Below, piece after piece: positions 9,198-22,435 of a stretch of 64,000 nt of DNA. This DNA comes from Nitrosarchaeum sp. (GTDB lineage Archaea; Thermoproteota; Nitrososphaeria; Nitrososphaerales; Nitrosopumilaceae), in contig OZ245020.1 of NCBI GenBank assembly GCA_965223865.1, forward strand, positions 1,184,001-1,248,000, read 5' to 3'. The position numbers and the translations under genes were made by a program. The stretch's first letter is position 1; every line of letters starts with the position of its first letter. The notes under the pieces were generated by a model. It ran no database searches and was not told the origin of the DNA. It saw only the letters and a program-made list of their open reading frames with translations.

Positions 9198-10025
9198 CTA
9201 ATTTTTCAATTTTACCAATGCTCTGAACTTGTCATTTGTATGTAAATGCGTAAACGCTTTTTCTTCTTTTGCCCACGCTCTAATCACTTTGGGATTTTTA
9301 GAAACTGCTTGCTTTAATAATTCTAAGGATTCTGGATACATGCCTAATGCTGCTTTACTTCTTGATTTTGCATAAATGATGTTAACGTTATTTTTGTAAT
9401 TTGATAATATTTTATCAAAAATCTCGATTGCTTTTTCGTGTTTATTTAATTCTGCCAGCTCGATTCCTTTGTGAAATAATGCATCTATGTGCTTTGGGTT
9501 TTTCTTGTAGACATTTTCAAAACAATTTAGAGACTCTTCGTGTTTTTTCATTTTTCCTAGGACGATGCCTTTGTAAAATAATGCATTATGTTTTCTAGGT
9601 TCTATATTGATGGCCTTGTCAAGATATTCCAATGCTTCTTCGTGCTCTTGAAGTTTGTCTAGCAATACTCCTTTGTTAAAGAATGATGCAGCATACTTTG
9701 GATCTGCTTCTATTGCATTGTCATAGCATTCATTTGCTGCTTGCAGGTTTCCCATTTCAGCCATTGCAATTCCTTTATTATTAAACGCCTGAGCATCTTT
9801 GGGATTTATTCCTAATAATATTTCAAAGCATGTTACTGCGTCACTGTATTTTTTTATCTGATTTAATGCTAGTCCTTTATTGAATAATGCCTGAGTGTTT
9901 TTGGAATCTTGCTTTAGAACTTTGTTAAATAATGATATTGCCCTTTTTGGTTGGTTTTTTTCCATTAATGATACTGCTTGATATATTAAATCATCTGGAT
10001 TTTCTTTTGACCCAAAAAGTCCCAT
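9198..10025 (-). CDS. Tetratricopeptide repeat protein
   Basis: About seven 34-aa repeats (ALFNKG..L...A...P). Confidence 0.92.
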   Translation of the reverse strand: MGLFGSKENPDDLIYQAVSLMEKNQPKRAISLFNKVLKQDSKNTQALFNKGLALNQIKKYSDAVTCFEILLGINPKDAQAFNNKGIAMAEMGNLQAANECYDNAIEADPKYAASFFNKGVLLDKLQEHEEALEYLDKAINIEPRKHNALFYKGIVLGKMKKHEESLNCFENVYKKNPKHIDALFHKGIELAELNKHEKAIEIFDKILSNYKNNVNIIYAKSRSKAALGMYPESLELLKQAVSKNPKVIRAWAKEEKAFTHLHTNDKFRALVKLKN

Positions 10026-10183
10026 AAAATTAAGAAAATTACATTGGTAATGAAAGTTTAGATTAACTTTTTAAAAAAATCCTACTTTTGCTTGCATGGA
10101 TCTCTGGCGGCTATGTTTTTCCTCTTCTTTTGTCTTTGATTGTAAATCTTTCTTTTCTTGCATGAATAAAATTATTCTTTAAT

Positions 10184-11476
10184 TTATAAAAAATTTTCAG
10201 ATGCTTCTATCATCTTTTTAATGTCTTCTTTTGAGTGAGCATATGATATGGCACCTAGTTTTCCAGGTAGAAAGAAAATTTCGTTTTCGGTTATCATTTT
10301 AAAATGATATTTTTCTAGTATTTTTATGTCGCATCTTGCAGCATCAGAGGAATTTTTTATTTGAGTAATTCCATCTTTTAGAAAATGAGTCATAAATAAT
10401 GATCCTCTGCCTGTTACTGCTACTTTTCCATCAAATATTTTTGTTAATCCTTTTCTGGCAAATTCTCCTAACAAGTTAATTTTTGAATAAATTGATTTTG
10501 ATTTTAATTCTGAGAGTGTTACAAAACCAGCAGTCATTGATATGGGATTTGCAGAAAATGTTCCTCCTCCAACATAAGACCTTTCTGATTTTTTCTTATC
10601 TGTAGTATCTGCAAGTTTCATAATTTCATTTTTACCACACATTACACCTATTGCCATTCCTCCTCCGACTATCTTTCCTAGGGTTACAATATCTGGATCC
10701 AATTTCATGGTTGGATATAAACATCCGAATCTAAATCTAAACCCTGTAACAATTTCATCTAAAATAAACAATGAGTTATTTTTTTTGCAAAATTCTTGTA
10801 ATCCTCTAAGATATTCTTTTTCAGCGGGAATACATCCTCCCCCACCTAAAACTGGTTCAATGATTACTCCTGCCAAATTTTTGGAATAATTTTTTAAAAT
10901 CTTGAGGGATTGTTGTAAGTCATTGTATGGAATTGAAATAATTTGTTCTTCATTTATAATTCCACTACTTTCTGATTCGAAAAATGGCCAGTTTACACTT
11001 TTTAACAAATCTGAAGTATATCCATGCCACCCCCCATCAATCTTTGCAATAATTTTTTTCCCAGTTACAGATCGTGCAAGTCTTACTGCATACATTGTAG
11101 CTTCAGTACCTGATGTTACATATCGAATTTTTTCAGCTACCGGAACTGCCTTTGAAATAATATCTGAAAGTCTGATTGTTTGCTCATTTACTGTTCCATA
11201 CATCCAGCTTTTCTCTATTTGCTTTTTTAGAGAATCTTTTACTCTTTTTGGACCATGTCCTAAAATAAGACTCCAATGCCCCATCCAATAATCTGTATAC
11301 TTGTTATCATCAACATCTATCAGATTTTTTCCAGCTGATTTTTTTACAACAAATGGATATGGTTCATAAAATCTTATGTTGTGAGAAACACCATTTACAT
11401 GAAGACTTGTAGACTTTTTAAAAAGTTGAAATGAATTTTTCGTTTTCTTTTTGTATGCTTTAATATGATCTCTCAA
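10184..11476 (-). CDS. hemL: Class III aminotransferase, glutamate-1-semialdehyde 2,1-aminomutase-like
   Basis: [24 protein letters not shown] (PLP Lys), GTFSANP. Confidence 0.82.
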   Translation of the reverse strand: MRDHIKAYKKKTKNSFQLFKKSTSLHVNGVSHNIRFYEPYPFVVKKSAGKNLIDVDDNKYTDYWMGHWSLILGHGPKRVKDSLKKQIEKSWMYGTVNEQTIRLSDIISKAVPVAEKIRYVTSGTEATMYAVRLARSVTGKKIIAKIDGGWHGYTSDLLKSVNWPFFESESSGIINEEQIISIPYNDLQQSLKILKNYSKNLAGVIIEPVLGGGGCIPAEKEYLRGLQEFCKKNNSLFILDEIVTGFRFRFGCLYPTMKLDPDIVTLGKIVGGGMAIGVMCGKNEIMKLADTTDKKKSERSYVGGGTFSANPISMTAGFVTLSELKSKSIYSKINLLGEFARKGLTKIFDGKVAVTGRGSLFMTHFLKDGITQIKNSSDAARCDIKILEKYHFKMITENEIFFLPGKLGAISYAHSKEDIKKMIEASENFL

Positions 11477-11612
11477 AATAATACCTATAATTAAAAAATC
11501 GGCAATTTTAATTATCTACAACTTGTAAATGGTCTCTTCTTCAGGCATTTTTTCTACTTTTTTTGAAATTTTTGTCAAAAAAGACTGAGATCAGACATTA
11601 TTTTAGGCATGG

Positions 11613-11620
11613 TTTATATG
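11613..11620 (+). promoter_or_regulatory. Probable TATA box of the rRNA operon
   Basis: TTTATATG about 210 nt upstream of 16S, ahead of the structured leader. Confidence 0.55.
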
Positions 11621-11761
11621 GATTTGTTATTCTTAAGTTTCTGCATACGTAACGCAATAAGGCGGCGCTTGTGATGAAGTATGGTATTGCACCATTTTGT
11701 GATTCATGGGCCTCCAGTTACGCATACAAAATGAGGATCTGATCAAGTGATCATATCTGAA

Positions 11762-11791
11762 ATGTGAAGATTATGTGCATCCGTCAATTCC
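11762..11791 (+). other. 5' arm of the 16S processing stem
   Basis: ATGTGAAGATTATGTGCATCCG is complementary to CGGATGCACAAATCTTCACAT at about 13318-13339. Confidence 0.8.
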
Positions 11792-11830
11792 AATAATAAG
11801 TACAAATGTACTTCAATAATCAAAAATCAG

Positions 11831-13301
<1,471 letters not shown>

Positions 13302-13456
13302 TAGATAAGGAAATGTGTCGGATGCACAAATCTTCACATAAATCATCGATGCAATGCATCACGAAAGTGATGTATGAAGGATGTAGCTGGTTTCTCCTTC
13401 CCTGGAGGACTTGCGATGATCATCGTGCATAGTCGTGTAATATGTGGCTGAATTTG

Positions 13457-16440
<2,984 letters not shown>

Positions 16441-16623
16441 CAGCCACTTACATAGAGACTATGCGCGATGAATCATTTTATTCATCAAGTGGAACATATA
16501 CACGACTATTGATGATTTTATCTTTAATCAAACTAGCGGATGCTGTAGAGCTAAAAACAAGATTGTGATTTGAAATTTTTCAGGCACAAGTTAGGCGTAA
16601 AAAAGGGCAGGTTTAACGTCGTT

Positions 16624-16657
16624 TTTGAACTAAAAAGGTCTTTTTTTGAGTTCAAAT
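16624..16657 (+). terminator. Hairpin/T-rich element downstream of the rRNA operon
   Basis: TTTGAACTAAAAAG...TTTTTTGAGTTCAAA imperfect inverted repeat containing a T-tract. Confidence 0.4.
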
Positions 16658-16782
16658 TTGAGTGGAAGTACAATATGCATGGGGATATAGTCAGCAGCAA
16701 AGATTTTGCACCATCAAATTTTGGCTAATAAATGCAAATATGTATGAAACAGATTTTTATGAGAACTTAGAAAGTGCGTATT

Positions 16783-17184
16783 ATGGGTACGTTGGAACCT
16801 GGAGTTCTAAAATTATTAGAAGGGAAAAATTTTGCATCATTTGTTACTTTGTTAGGAGATGGCTCCCCTCATGTGGCACCCACTTGGATTGATCATGAAG
16901 AAGATACCATATTGATAAACACTGCCGTAGGAAGATTAAAAGAAAAAAATGTAAGAAAAGATCCACGAGTTGCTCTTTCAATTTATGATAATGAAAATCC
17001 ATATCATATGGTAGCAATTCGAGGAAAAGTAATAGATCTAACAACGAATGAGGCAGAAGACCATATCGATAAATTGGCAAAACGTTATCTTGGAATGGAT
17101 AAATATCCTAGACGCTCTCCTGATGAAAAGAGAATTTTAATTAAAATTAAAGCAGACAAAATTCATCATCAAGATTATTCATAA
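16783..17184 (+). CDS. PPOX-class F420-dependent oxidoreductase
   Basis: T...DGSPHVAPTW, K.KNVRKDPRVAL, DKLAKRYLG. Confidence 0.9.
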   Translation: MGTLEPGVLKLLEGKNFASFVTLLGDGSPHVAPTWIDHEEDTILINTAVGRLKEKNVRKDPRVALSIYDNENPYHMVAIRGKVIDLTTNEAEDHIDKLAKRYLGMDKYPRRSPDEKRILIKIKADKIHHQDYS

Positions 17185-17357
17185 AGTTTGCAATACGTCA
17201 TCATAATATGTCCTTAGAACAATAAGTAGTAGAATTTTATTAGAAGTTTAGATTTTACACTAGATTTTGAGAATAATAACTGATTATTGATGAAAAATTG
17301 TTTTTCTTAAATGAACGATCTTTTTATTTATCTCTCTGAAATTATTATTTTTGTCCA

Positions 17358-18368
17358 ATGGTTTTATGTGCTAGATGTGATAAAAAACTGGGCCTAAGAA
17401 AAATAGAGCCTAAACTGGACTGGCAAATAAAAGGAAAAATCTGTGTAGAATGCAACAAGCACATTTGTGAAAATACATCCTATTACGAGGCAGAATACAA
17501 AGAGAATGAGCCTGATTTTCCCAAACAAAAAGGGATGTTGTCAATACAAAACTTTGATGACAATAGAAGGATATTATTTATTGTAAAAGACGAGATTCAG
17601 TTCGAAATTCTATTACCTTCAATTCAAAAATTTGAGAGTATTGATTACACCGAAAAATCAACAAAAAAGAAAGTTACAACTTTGGGATTAAAAGACAAAT
17701 CAACATCAAAACATTTGCAAATTACATTTGTTGGAGATAATGGAATCTATTCACCAATATTTCAGATAAAAGATTTTGAATCTGTAGCAAATTCCCTTAA
17801 TCTCTACATACAGAAATACTATGAAGAATCAGAAAACATAACACCCCCGCAATTAATGATAGATGCCATAAAAAATGCAAGGGGAATGCAGTTTGAAGAT
17901 TTCGGAATTTCTGAAAAATTAACTGACAATAATAATGGGATAAAAAAAATCAAAAAATATCTGGACCGAGATGAAAGAATTCTTTATGTCACAAAACAAG
18001 ACAAAGAAAAACAGGCACGTTCTACAACTAATGTAAACATAATTTTTGCAACAGATAAAAGAATTATAGTTAGAAATGTCACAGCACTTGGAATGAAAAA
18101 TCTCATTAAGGATATGTCCTATGACAATATTGGTTCATTAAAACTTCAAGAAGGTCCTTTATCATCAGCCATAATTTTTAACGGTGCTGGCTTTGCCGAA
18201 GTAAACACAATCAGTCAAGCATCCCTACAAAGAGCATGGGGAATTGAAGAAGAAACTACCATAGATTCAATACCAAAAAAAGATGCCAAAGAATTTGTAA
18301 ACATTCTAAGAGAGCAAATCGAAAAAAACGGAGTAAAAAACTTAGAGTTTACCCACTCAACAAACTAG
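17358..18368 (+). CDS. Zinc-finger plus bacterial-type PH domain protein
   Basis: N-terminal CxxC..W.I.G..CxxC; C-terminal L...E.IL...IFATDKRII PH-like domain. Confidence 0.75.
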   Translation: MVLCARCDKKLGLRKIEPKLDWQIKGKICVECNKHICENTSYYEAEYKENEPDFPKQKGMLSIQNFDDNRRILFIVKDEIQFEILLPSIQKFESIDYTEKSTKKKVTTLGLKDKSTSKHLQITFVGDNGIYSPIFQIKDFESVANSLNLYIQKYYEESENITPPQLMIDAIKNARGMQFEDFGISEKLTDNNNGIKKIKKYLDRDERILYVTKQDKEKQARSTTNVNIIFATDKRIIVRNVTALGMKNLIKDMSYDNIGSLKLQEGPLSSAIIFNGAGFAEVNTISQASLQRAWGIEEETTIDSIPKKDAKEFVNILREQIEKNGVKNLEFTHSTN

Positions 18369-18448
18369 ACTTCATTTGAAAAAACTAATTGGCCCTAAGA
18401 TATAGTAAAAATGTTTAGAACACATTCGCGTGATACAAAAAGCAAAAT

Positions 18449-18799
18449 CTACCAATAAGAACTAGTTCCCATTCCATCATTGTCTACAATTTGCACATCT
18501 AAAGCATCCAATCCAAATACTACATAGATTGCCTTGAGCCTACTCTGGTAAAGAAAGTATTTCTTTCCATCATTAGTAACAATTGATCCTGTAACCTTCA
18601 GAATTTTGTTTTCTTCTAATTCATGAACACGTCTGTATGCAGTAGTCATTGGAATATTGCAATCCTTTACAATATCTACAACTGATTTTGGTTTTTCAAT
18701 GGCATAATTTATGATAGTTCTAGAATATTCATCCGACAAGGCCTTTAGAATCGCCTTTCTATAATTTGAATCTCTTGGAAGAATTTTAAAATCTGCCAT
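18449..18799 (-). CDS. Winged-helix (ArsR-like) transcriptional regulator
   Basis: ILKALSDEYSRTII...IPMTTAYRRVHELEE...GKKYFLY. Confidence 0.87.
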   Translation of the reverse strand: MADFKILPRDSNYRKAILKALSDEYSRTIINYAIEKPKSVVDIVKDCNIPMTTAYRRVHELEENKILKVTGSIVTNDGKKYFLYQSRLKAIYVVFGLDALDVQIVDNDGMGTSSYW

Positions 18800-18803
18800 A
18801 ATC

Positions 18804-18828
18804 TGCTATGATATCATTTTTCATAGCA
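18804..18828. promoter_or_regulatory. Palindrome between the promoter and start codon of the wHTH gene
   Basis: TGCTATGA-N9-TCATAGCA perfect 8-bp inverted repeat. Confidence 0.55.
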
Positions 18829-18880
18829 TATAATCTTGATTTTATAAAAATAAAAAAACAATGGAATTTACATTTCCCTT

Positions 18881-19627
18881 CTATCCAAAACTGGAGTTCC
18901 ATGCATTCATACCACCTTCAAGAACCTGAAAATCAATATTTTCTTGAGCAAGTGCATATGTAGCAATTGTTGCTCTGTTTCCTGAACCACAAATTACTAT
19001 CACAGGTTTGTCAGTTGGAATTACATCCATTCCATTAGGCTCAAATATCTGCGCCAAAGGTATGTTCTCTGCACCCTCTATCTTGGATTGTAATAATTCA
19101 TCAGGCTCCCTTACATCCAACAAATAGATGTCATCATTTGCTTTTATTTTCTGAAATAATTCTTTTGTATTGATAGTAGTTTGTGAGCTAGAAACTAGAT
19201 CTTGATTCCAGTTATTCATTCCACCATCAAGATAACGTGTCTTAATTCCCATATCTGACATTGTTTGGGCTGTTTGTTTTGTTAAAGTACCATCCTGATC
19301 TACCAGAATTATCTCATATGATGAAACTATCTCCGGGAGTCTCTTCTGTATGGTGTTTACCCGTTTTTCCAATACCGCAGAATCAAGGTAATTGTCATGT
19401 GAAGCCCCTGATATATGTCCATTTTGGAATTGAGACTCTGATCTCACATCAACCACTAAAACAGGCTTGTCGTTTTCAAGTTGGATAGTCAATGTCTGAG
19501 AATCGACTGCATATTTGTCCGGTGTATGTTCTGATGGAATATCCTTTTGGCCTAATGTTGTAATGCTGCCAACTACTGCAATTGCAATTACCGCAGTTGT
19601 AATCATCCCAATTGTTTTAGTTTCCAT
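18881..19627 (-). CDS. Membrane-anchored tandem rhodanese (sulfurtransferase)
   Basis: N-terminal TM; two DVR...GH/xI.GA domains; active-loop CGSGNRA only in domain 2. Confidence 0.9.
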   Translation of the reverse strand: METKTIGMITTAVIAIAVVGSITTLGQKDIPSEHTPDKYAVDSQTLTIQLENDKPVLVVDVRSESQFQNGHISGASHDNYLDSAVLEKRVNTIQKRLPEIVSSYEIILVDQDGTLTKQTAQTMSDMGIKTRYLDGGMNNWNQDLVSSSQTTINTKELFQKIKANDDIYLLDVREPDELLQSKIEGAENIPLAQIFEPNGMDVIPTDKPVIVICGSGNRATIATYALAQENIDFQVLEGGMNAWNSSFG

Positions 19628-19663
19628 AGCTTCTGAAAACTTTTTTTATTTATATACCAAAAT

Positions 19664-19696
19664 ACATTTTCCAGAAATAGTTTTCATATGTGGAAA
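19664..19696. promoter_or_regulatory. 33-bp operator-like element, copy 1
   Basis: ACATTTTCCAGAAATAGTTTTCATATGTGGAAA; 28/33 identical to copy 2. Confidence 0.75.
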
Positions 19697-19755
19697 TCGT
19701 CTAGGTGGAATCATTTCAGCGATTGCAATCTCTCATCTTTCTTAAAAATCAAATT

Positions 19756-19792
19756 ACATTTTCCAGAAATGATTTTCACTTCTGGAAAATGT
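19756..19792. promoter_or_regulatory. Operator-like element, copy 2 (13-bp perfect inverted repeat)
   Basis: ACATTTTCCAGAA-N11-TTCTGGAAAATGT. Confidence 0.8.
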
Positions 19793-19811
19793 CAATTTCC
19801 TTTAATTCAGT

Positions 19812-20840
19812 ATGAGTAGCAATTACATCGTGAATTCTTCGTCTGTTCTATTATTTTTGATACTTTCAGTAAGCCTTTCAGGGATTCTTTTGATAACTCC
19901 TGCTTTTGCTGAAGAAGGTGAACAGACAGTAAGAATTCCAATAGGTGCTGCATCTCCTTCATGTGCTAATGATGACACTTGTTATGTTCCAAGCAAAATA
20001 ACAATCAATGAAGGTCGTGAAGTAGAATGGATTAATGATGATACTACAGCACATACTGTAACTAGTGGAACTCCACAAGAGGGACATGATGGATTGTTTG
20101 ATAGTGGAATAATGATGCCTCGTGGCGAATTTGAGTTTACGTTTAATGAATTTGATGTTGGTACTTATCCATACTATTGTATTGCACATCCTTGGATGGT
20201 TGGAAGTGTAACTGTTGTTGACTATCCTGTTGAAACAATAGATGATGATTACGATGATGTTGCTGAATACAAATCAGACGATTCTATTGATGACGATGAT
20301 GCTTATGAAAGAGATTCATACAGTCAAACCTCAAAAAAATCTCATGTAAAACAAACAACTCTTCTTGATAATCAGAGAATGTTTGGAAAATACAAAGTAA
20401 CAGTTGACTGGATAAGAGATCTTCCAGCAGTAGGTGAGATCAACGGAATTGAGATTCTAGTAAGTGATACTACAAAGAAAGGTAAGCATGGCTGTGGTGG
20501 TGGAGACCACGGTGACAAAAGCAGTCATGGAGGCCATGAAGGAGGATGCCCACACTTTCAGATGGTGAAGAAGATGATTCCTCAAATAGAATTACTTGAA
20601 AATGGAGTAAGCCATGTTGAGAGAAGTATGAAGATCACATTATCTGTTGGAATCAGTGAGTTAACCCTGCCTATAGTGGCAGATGAAAACCTACCAGGAA
20701 GATACACTGCAGTATTTGTTCCTACTGTGGCAGGAAAGTATCAGGTAGAAGTACATGGTACAATTCATGGGTCCCATATAGACATGATGATAGAAATGGA
20801 TAAAGTGTATGATAAAAGCCAAGTCACTAAATTCCCATAA
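19812..20840 (+). CDS. Exported cupredoxin (type-1 Cu) with acidic linker and His/Gly-rich C-terminal domain
   Basis: Signal peptide ending PAFA; HTVTSG...YYCIAHPWM ligands; start may be GTG 19830. Confidence 0.9.
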   Translation: MSSNYIVNSSSVLLFLILSVSLSGILLITPAFAEEGEQTVRIPIGAASPSCANDDTCYVPSKITINEGREVEWINDDTTAHTVTSGTPQEGHDGLFDSGIMMPRGEFEFTFNEFDVGTYPYYCIAHPWMVGSVTVVDYPVETIDDDYDDVAEYKSDDSIDDDDAYERDSYSQTSKKSHVKQTTLLDNQRMFGKYKVTVDWIRDLPAVGEINGIEILVSDTTKKGKHGCGGGDHGDKSSHGGHEGGCPHFQMVKKMIPQIELLENGVSHVERSMKITLSVGISELTLPIVADENLPGRYTAVFVPTVAGKYQVEVHGTIHGSHIDMMIEMDKVYDKSQVTKFP

Positions 20841-21113
20841 TCGTGAGATTTGATTTTTAACAAATTATTTTTCTCAATGTAAAGCATACGATACTCAACT
20901 AAATCTGCCAGCATTGTTGTCTACGATCAGCTTTTTATCTGTAATTTTTGAAGATACGTGATGCCTGGATCGCTTGGTGCGCTAAAACCTAGATAATTAT
21001 GATATGGTGGAGAAAGAACTCTCCAACCTGTCTACTTTCTGTATTTGTGTTTAAGGATTTTACATAAAATAATTTAAGAAGAGGATGATTATTCATTATT
21101 CTATATAGAAGAT

Positions 21114-21911
21114 ATGGAATCAAAACCAGAAAACCACGAAAGTAAATCCATAAGTATTGTAGACATACTTTTAGGCAAAAGTGAAAACAAGACAGTAGAT
21201 TCTGAAACCCTGATCGAAAATGTTCAAACTCGAATACGCGATTCTCTAAAAGAAGGATACAAGTATTCTCAAATTATAGATGCATCTGAAGACTTTTTGC
21301 GAAATCATCTATATGAGCAAGTTGAGATGGCAGTCATTTACGTTGACCTTGTTGGTTCAACCAAATTAAGCTTGAGATTGCCTCCAGAAAAACTCTCAGT
21401 AGTCATAAGTTCTTTTGTTCAGGAGATGTCTTATGTTATTAGCCAGTGTGGTGGCTTTGTGTTGAAATTCTCTGGCGATGCTGTCATTGGATATTTTGTT
21501 GGAAAGGGAAGCTCTCTACAAGCGGCTGATGATGCAGCAGGGTGTGCAGAATCTATGTTGCGTGTTGTAAAATATGGAATCAACAAAACCCTAAGTGAAG
21601 AAGATTCTGAATTACCTGAGCTAGAGATAAAAATTGGAATTGATTATGGTGCTAATACAGTAGTACAATATGGCTCAGATGAGAAAAGGTCTCTTGTTGA
21701 TCTTCTTGGGGCCTCTATGAATATGGCAGCAAAAGTTCAGTCGTTAGCACAACCAAATCAAATTGTTGTTGGAAAAGACGTTTTTGATAGACTTCACCCT
21801 ACTGTTCAAGAGATGTTTGAACATGTTACAAATGATTTGAAAGATTGGACTTATACTTCAAAGGACTCCGATGAAATTTATGATGTTTTTGCATACAAAA
21901 ATAATAATTGA
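21114..21911 (+). CDS. Class III nucleotide (adenylate/guanylate) cyclase
   Basis: YVDLVGST, KFSGDA, KIGIDYG, DLLGASMNMAAK. Confidence 0.92.
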   Translation: MESKPENHESKSISIVDILLGKSENKTVDSETLIENVQTRIRDSLKEGYKYSQIIDASEDFLRNHLYEQVEMAVIYVDLVGSTKLSLRLPPEKLSVVISSFVQEMSYVISQCGGFVLKFSGDAVIGYFVGKGSSLQAADDAAGCAESMLRVVKYGINKTLSEEDSELPELEIKIGIDYGANTVVQYGSDEKRSLVDLLGASMNMAAKVQSLAQPNQIVVGKDVFDRLHPTVQEMFEHVTNDLKDWTYTSKDSDEIYDVFAYKNNN

Positions 21912-21997
21912 TTCTTGCAATTATCTTTTGTAAATTTTTAATAAAATAAAATTAATTTAAAACAGTTAATTTTATTATTGTTGATGTTTTTTAAAAA

Positions 21998-22384
21998 ATG
22001 AAATTGGATGAACAAAATCAACATTTAGAAGAAGCTTGCAAGAAAATTCTTGAAACTCCAAAAATTCGATTTGTTGGCGTATTAGATAAAATGGGAAATA
22101 GAATCGCTGGAGACTTTAAAGAAGGAATAACATCTTACTTGGAAGATAAAGAAAATAGAATGATGTACGTTCAGTTAACTTTAGAATACTTGATGAGAAA
22201 GGATTTTGATCAAGGATTAGGCCCAATCGACTACATTGCATCCAGAAGGGGCAAAGTTACTATGATAAGTATCCCGACTAAGGAATACCTCATCTTAATA
22301 TCTGCACAACGAGACGTTAATGTTGAGGATGTAATAAAACAAGTAAATTCCTCATTTACTACACTTCCAGATATTCAACCATAA
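21998..22384 (+). CDS. Roadblock/profilin-like thaumarchaeal protein (DUF6659-like), paralogue 1
   Basis: IRFVG...G..I.G...L..LM.K.FD..LG.I.Y...RR pattern shared with 27010 and 31414. Confidence 0.78.
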   Translation: MKLDEQNQHLEEACKKILETPKIRFVGVLDKMGNRIAGDFKEGITSYLEDKENRMMYVQLTLEYLMRKDFDQGLGPIDYIASRRGKVTMISIPTKEYLILISAQRDVNVEDVIKQVNSSFTTLPDIQP

Positions 22385-22435
22385 ATTCAGAAGATAAACC
22401 ACGTGAATTAGTTCTTTCAACTATGTGTGATTCAT

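Noticed and set aside
10071-10163. 30-aa minus-strand ORF MQEKKDLQ...KVGFF between hemL and the TPR gene
   Set aside because: Low complexity and no motif; cannot be supported without homology data
19664-19792. TTCCAG...GGAAA repeats as ORB boxes of a replication origin, or as MITE/CRISPR repeats
   Set aside because: No G-string, no adjacent cdc6/orc1, only two copies; position relative to the TATA boxes fits operators better
21005-21028. TGGTGGAGA...TCTCCAACC hairpin as a tRNA 3' fragment or att site
   Set aside because: Too short, has no proper T loop and does not match the tRNA-Phe in the window
21114-21911. Pycsar-type anti-phage cyclase
   Set aside because: Adenine-specifying Lys/Asp are retained, and no TIR or TM effector is adjacent; the same holds for the cyclase at 49287
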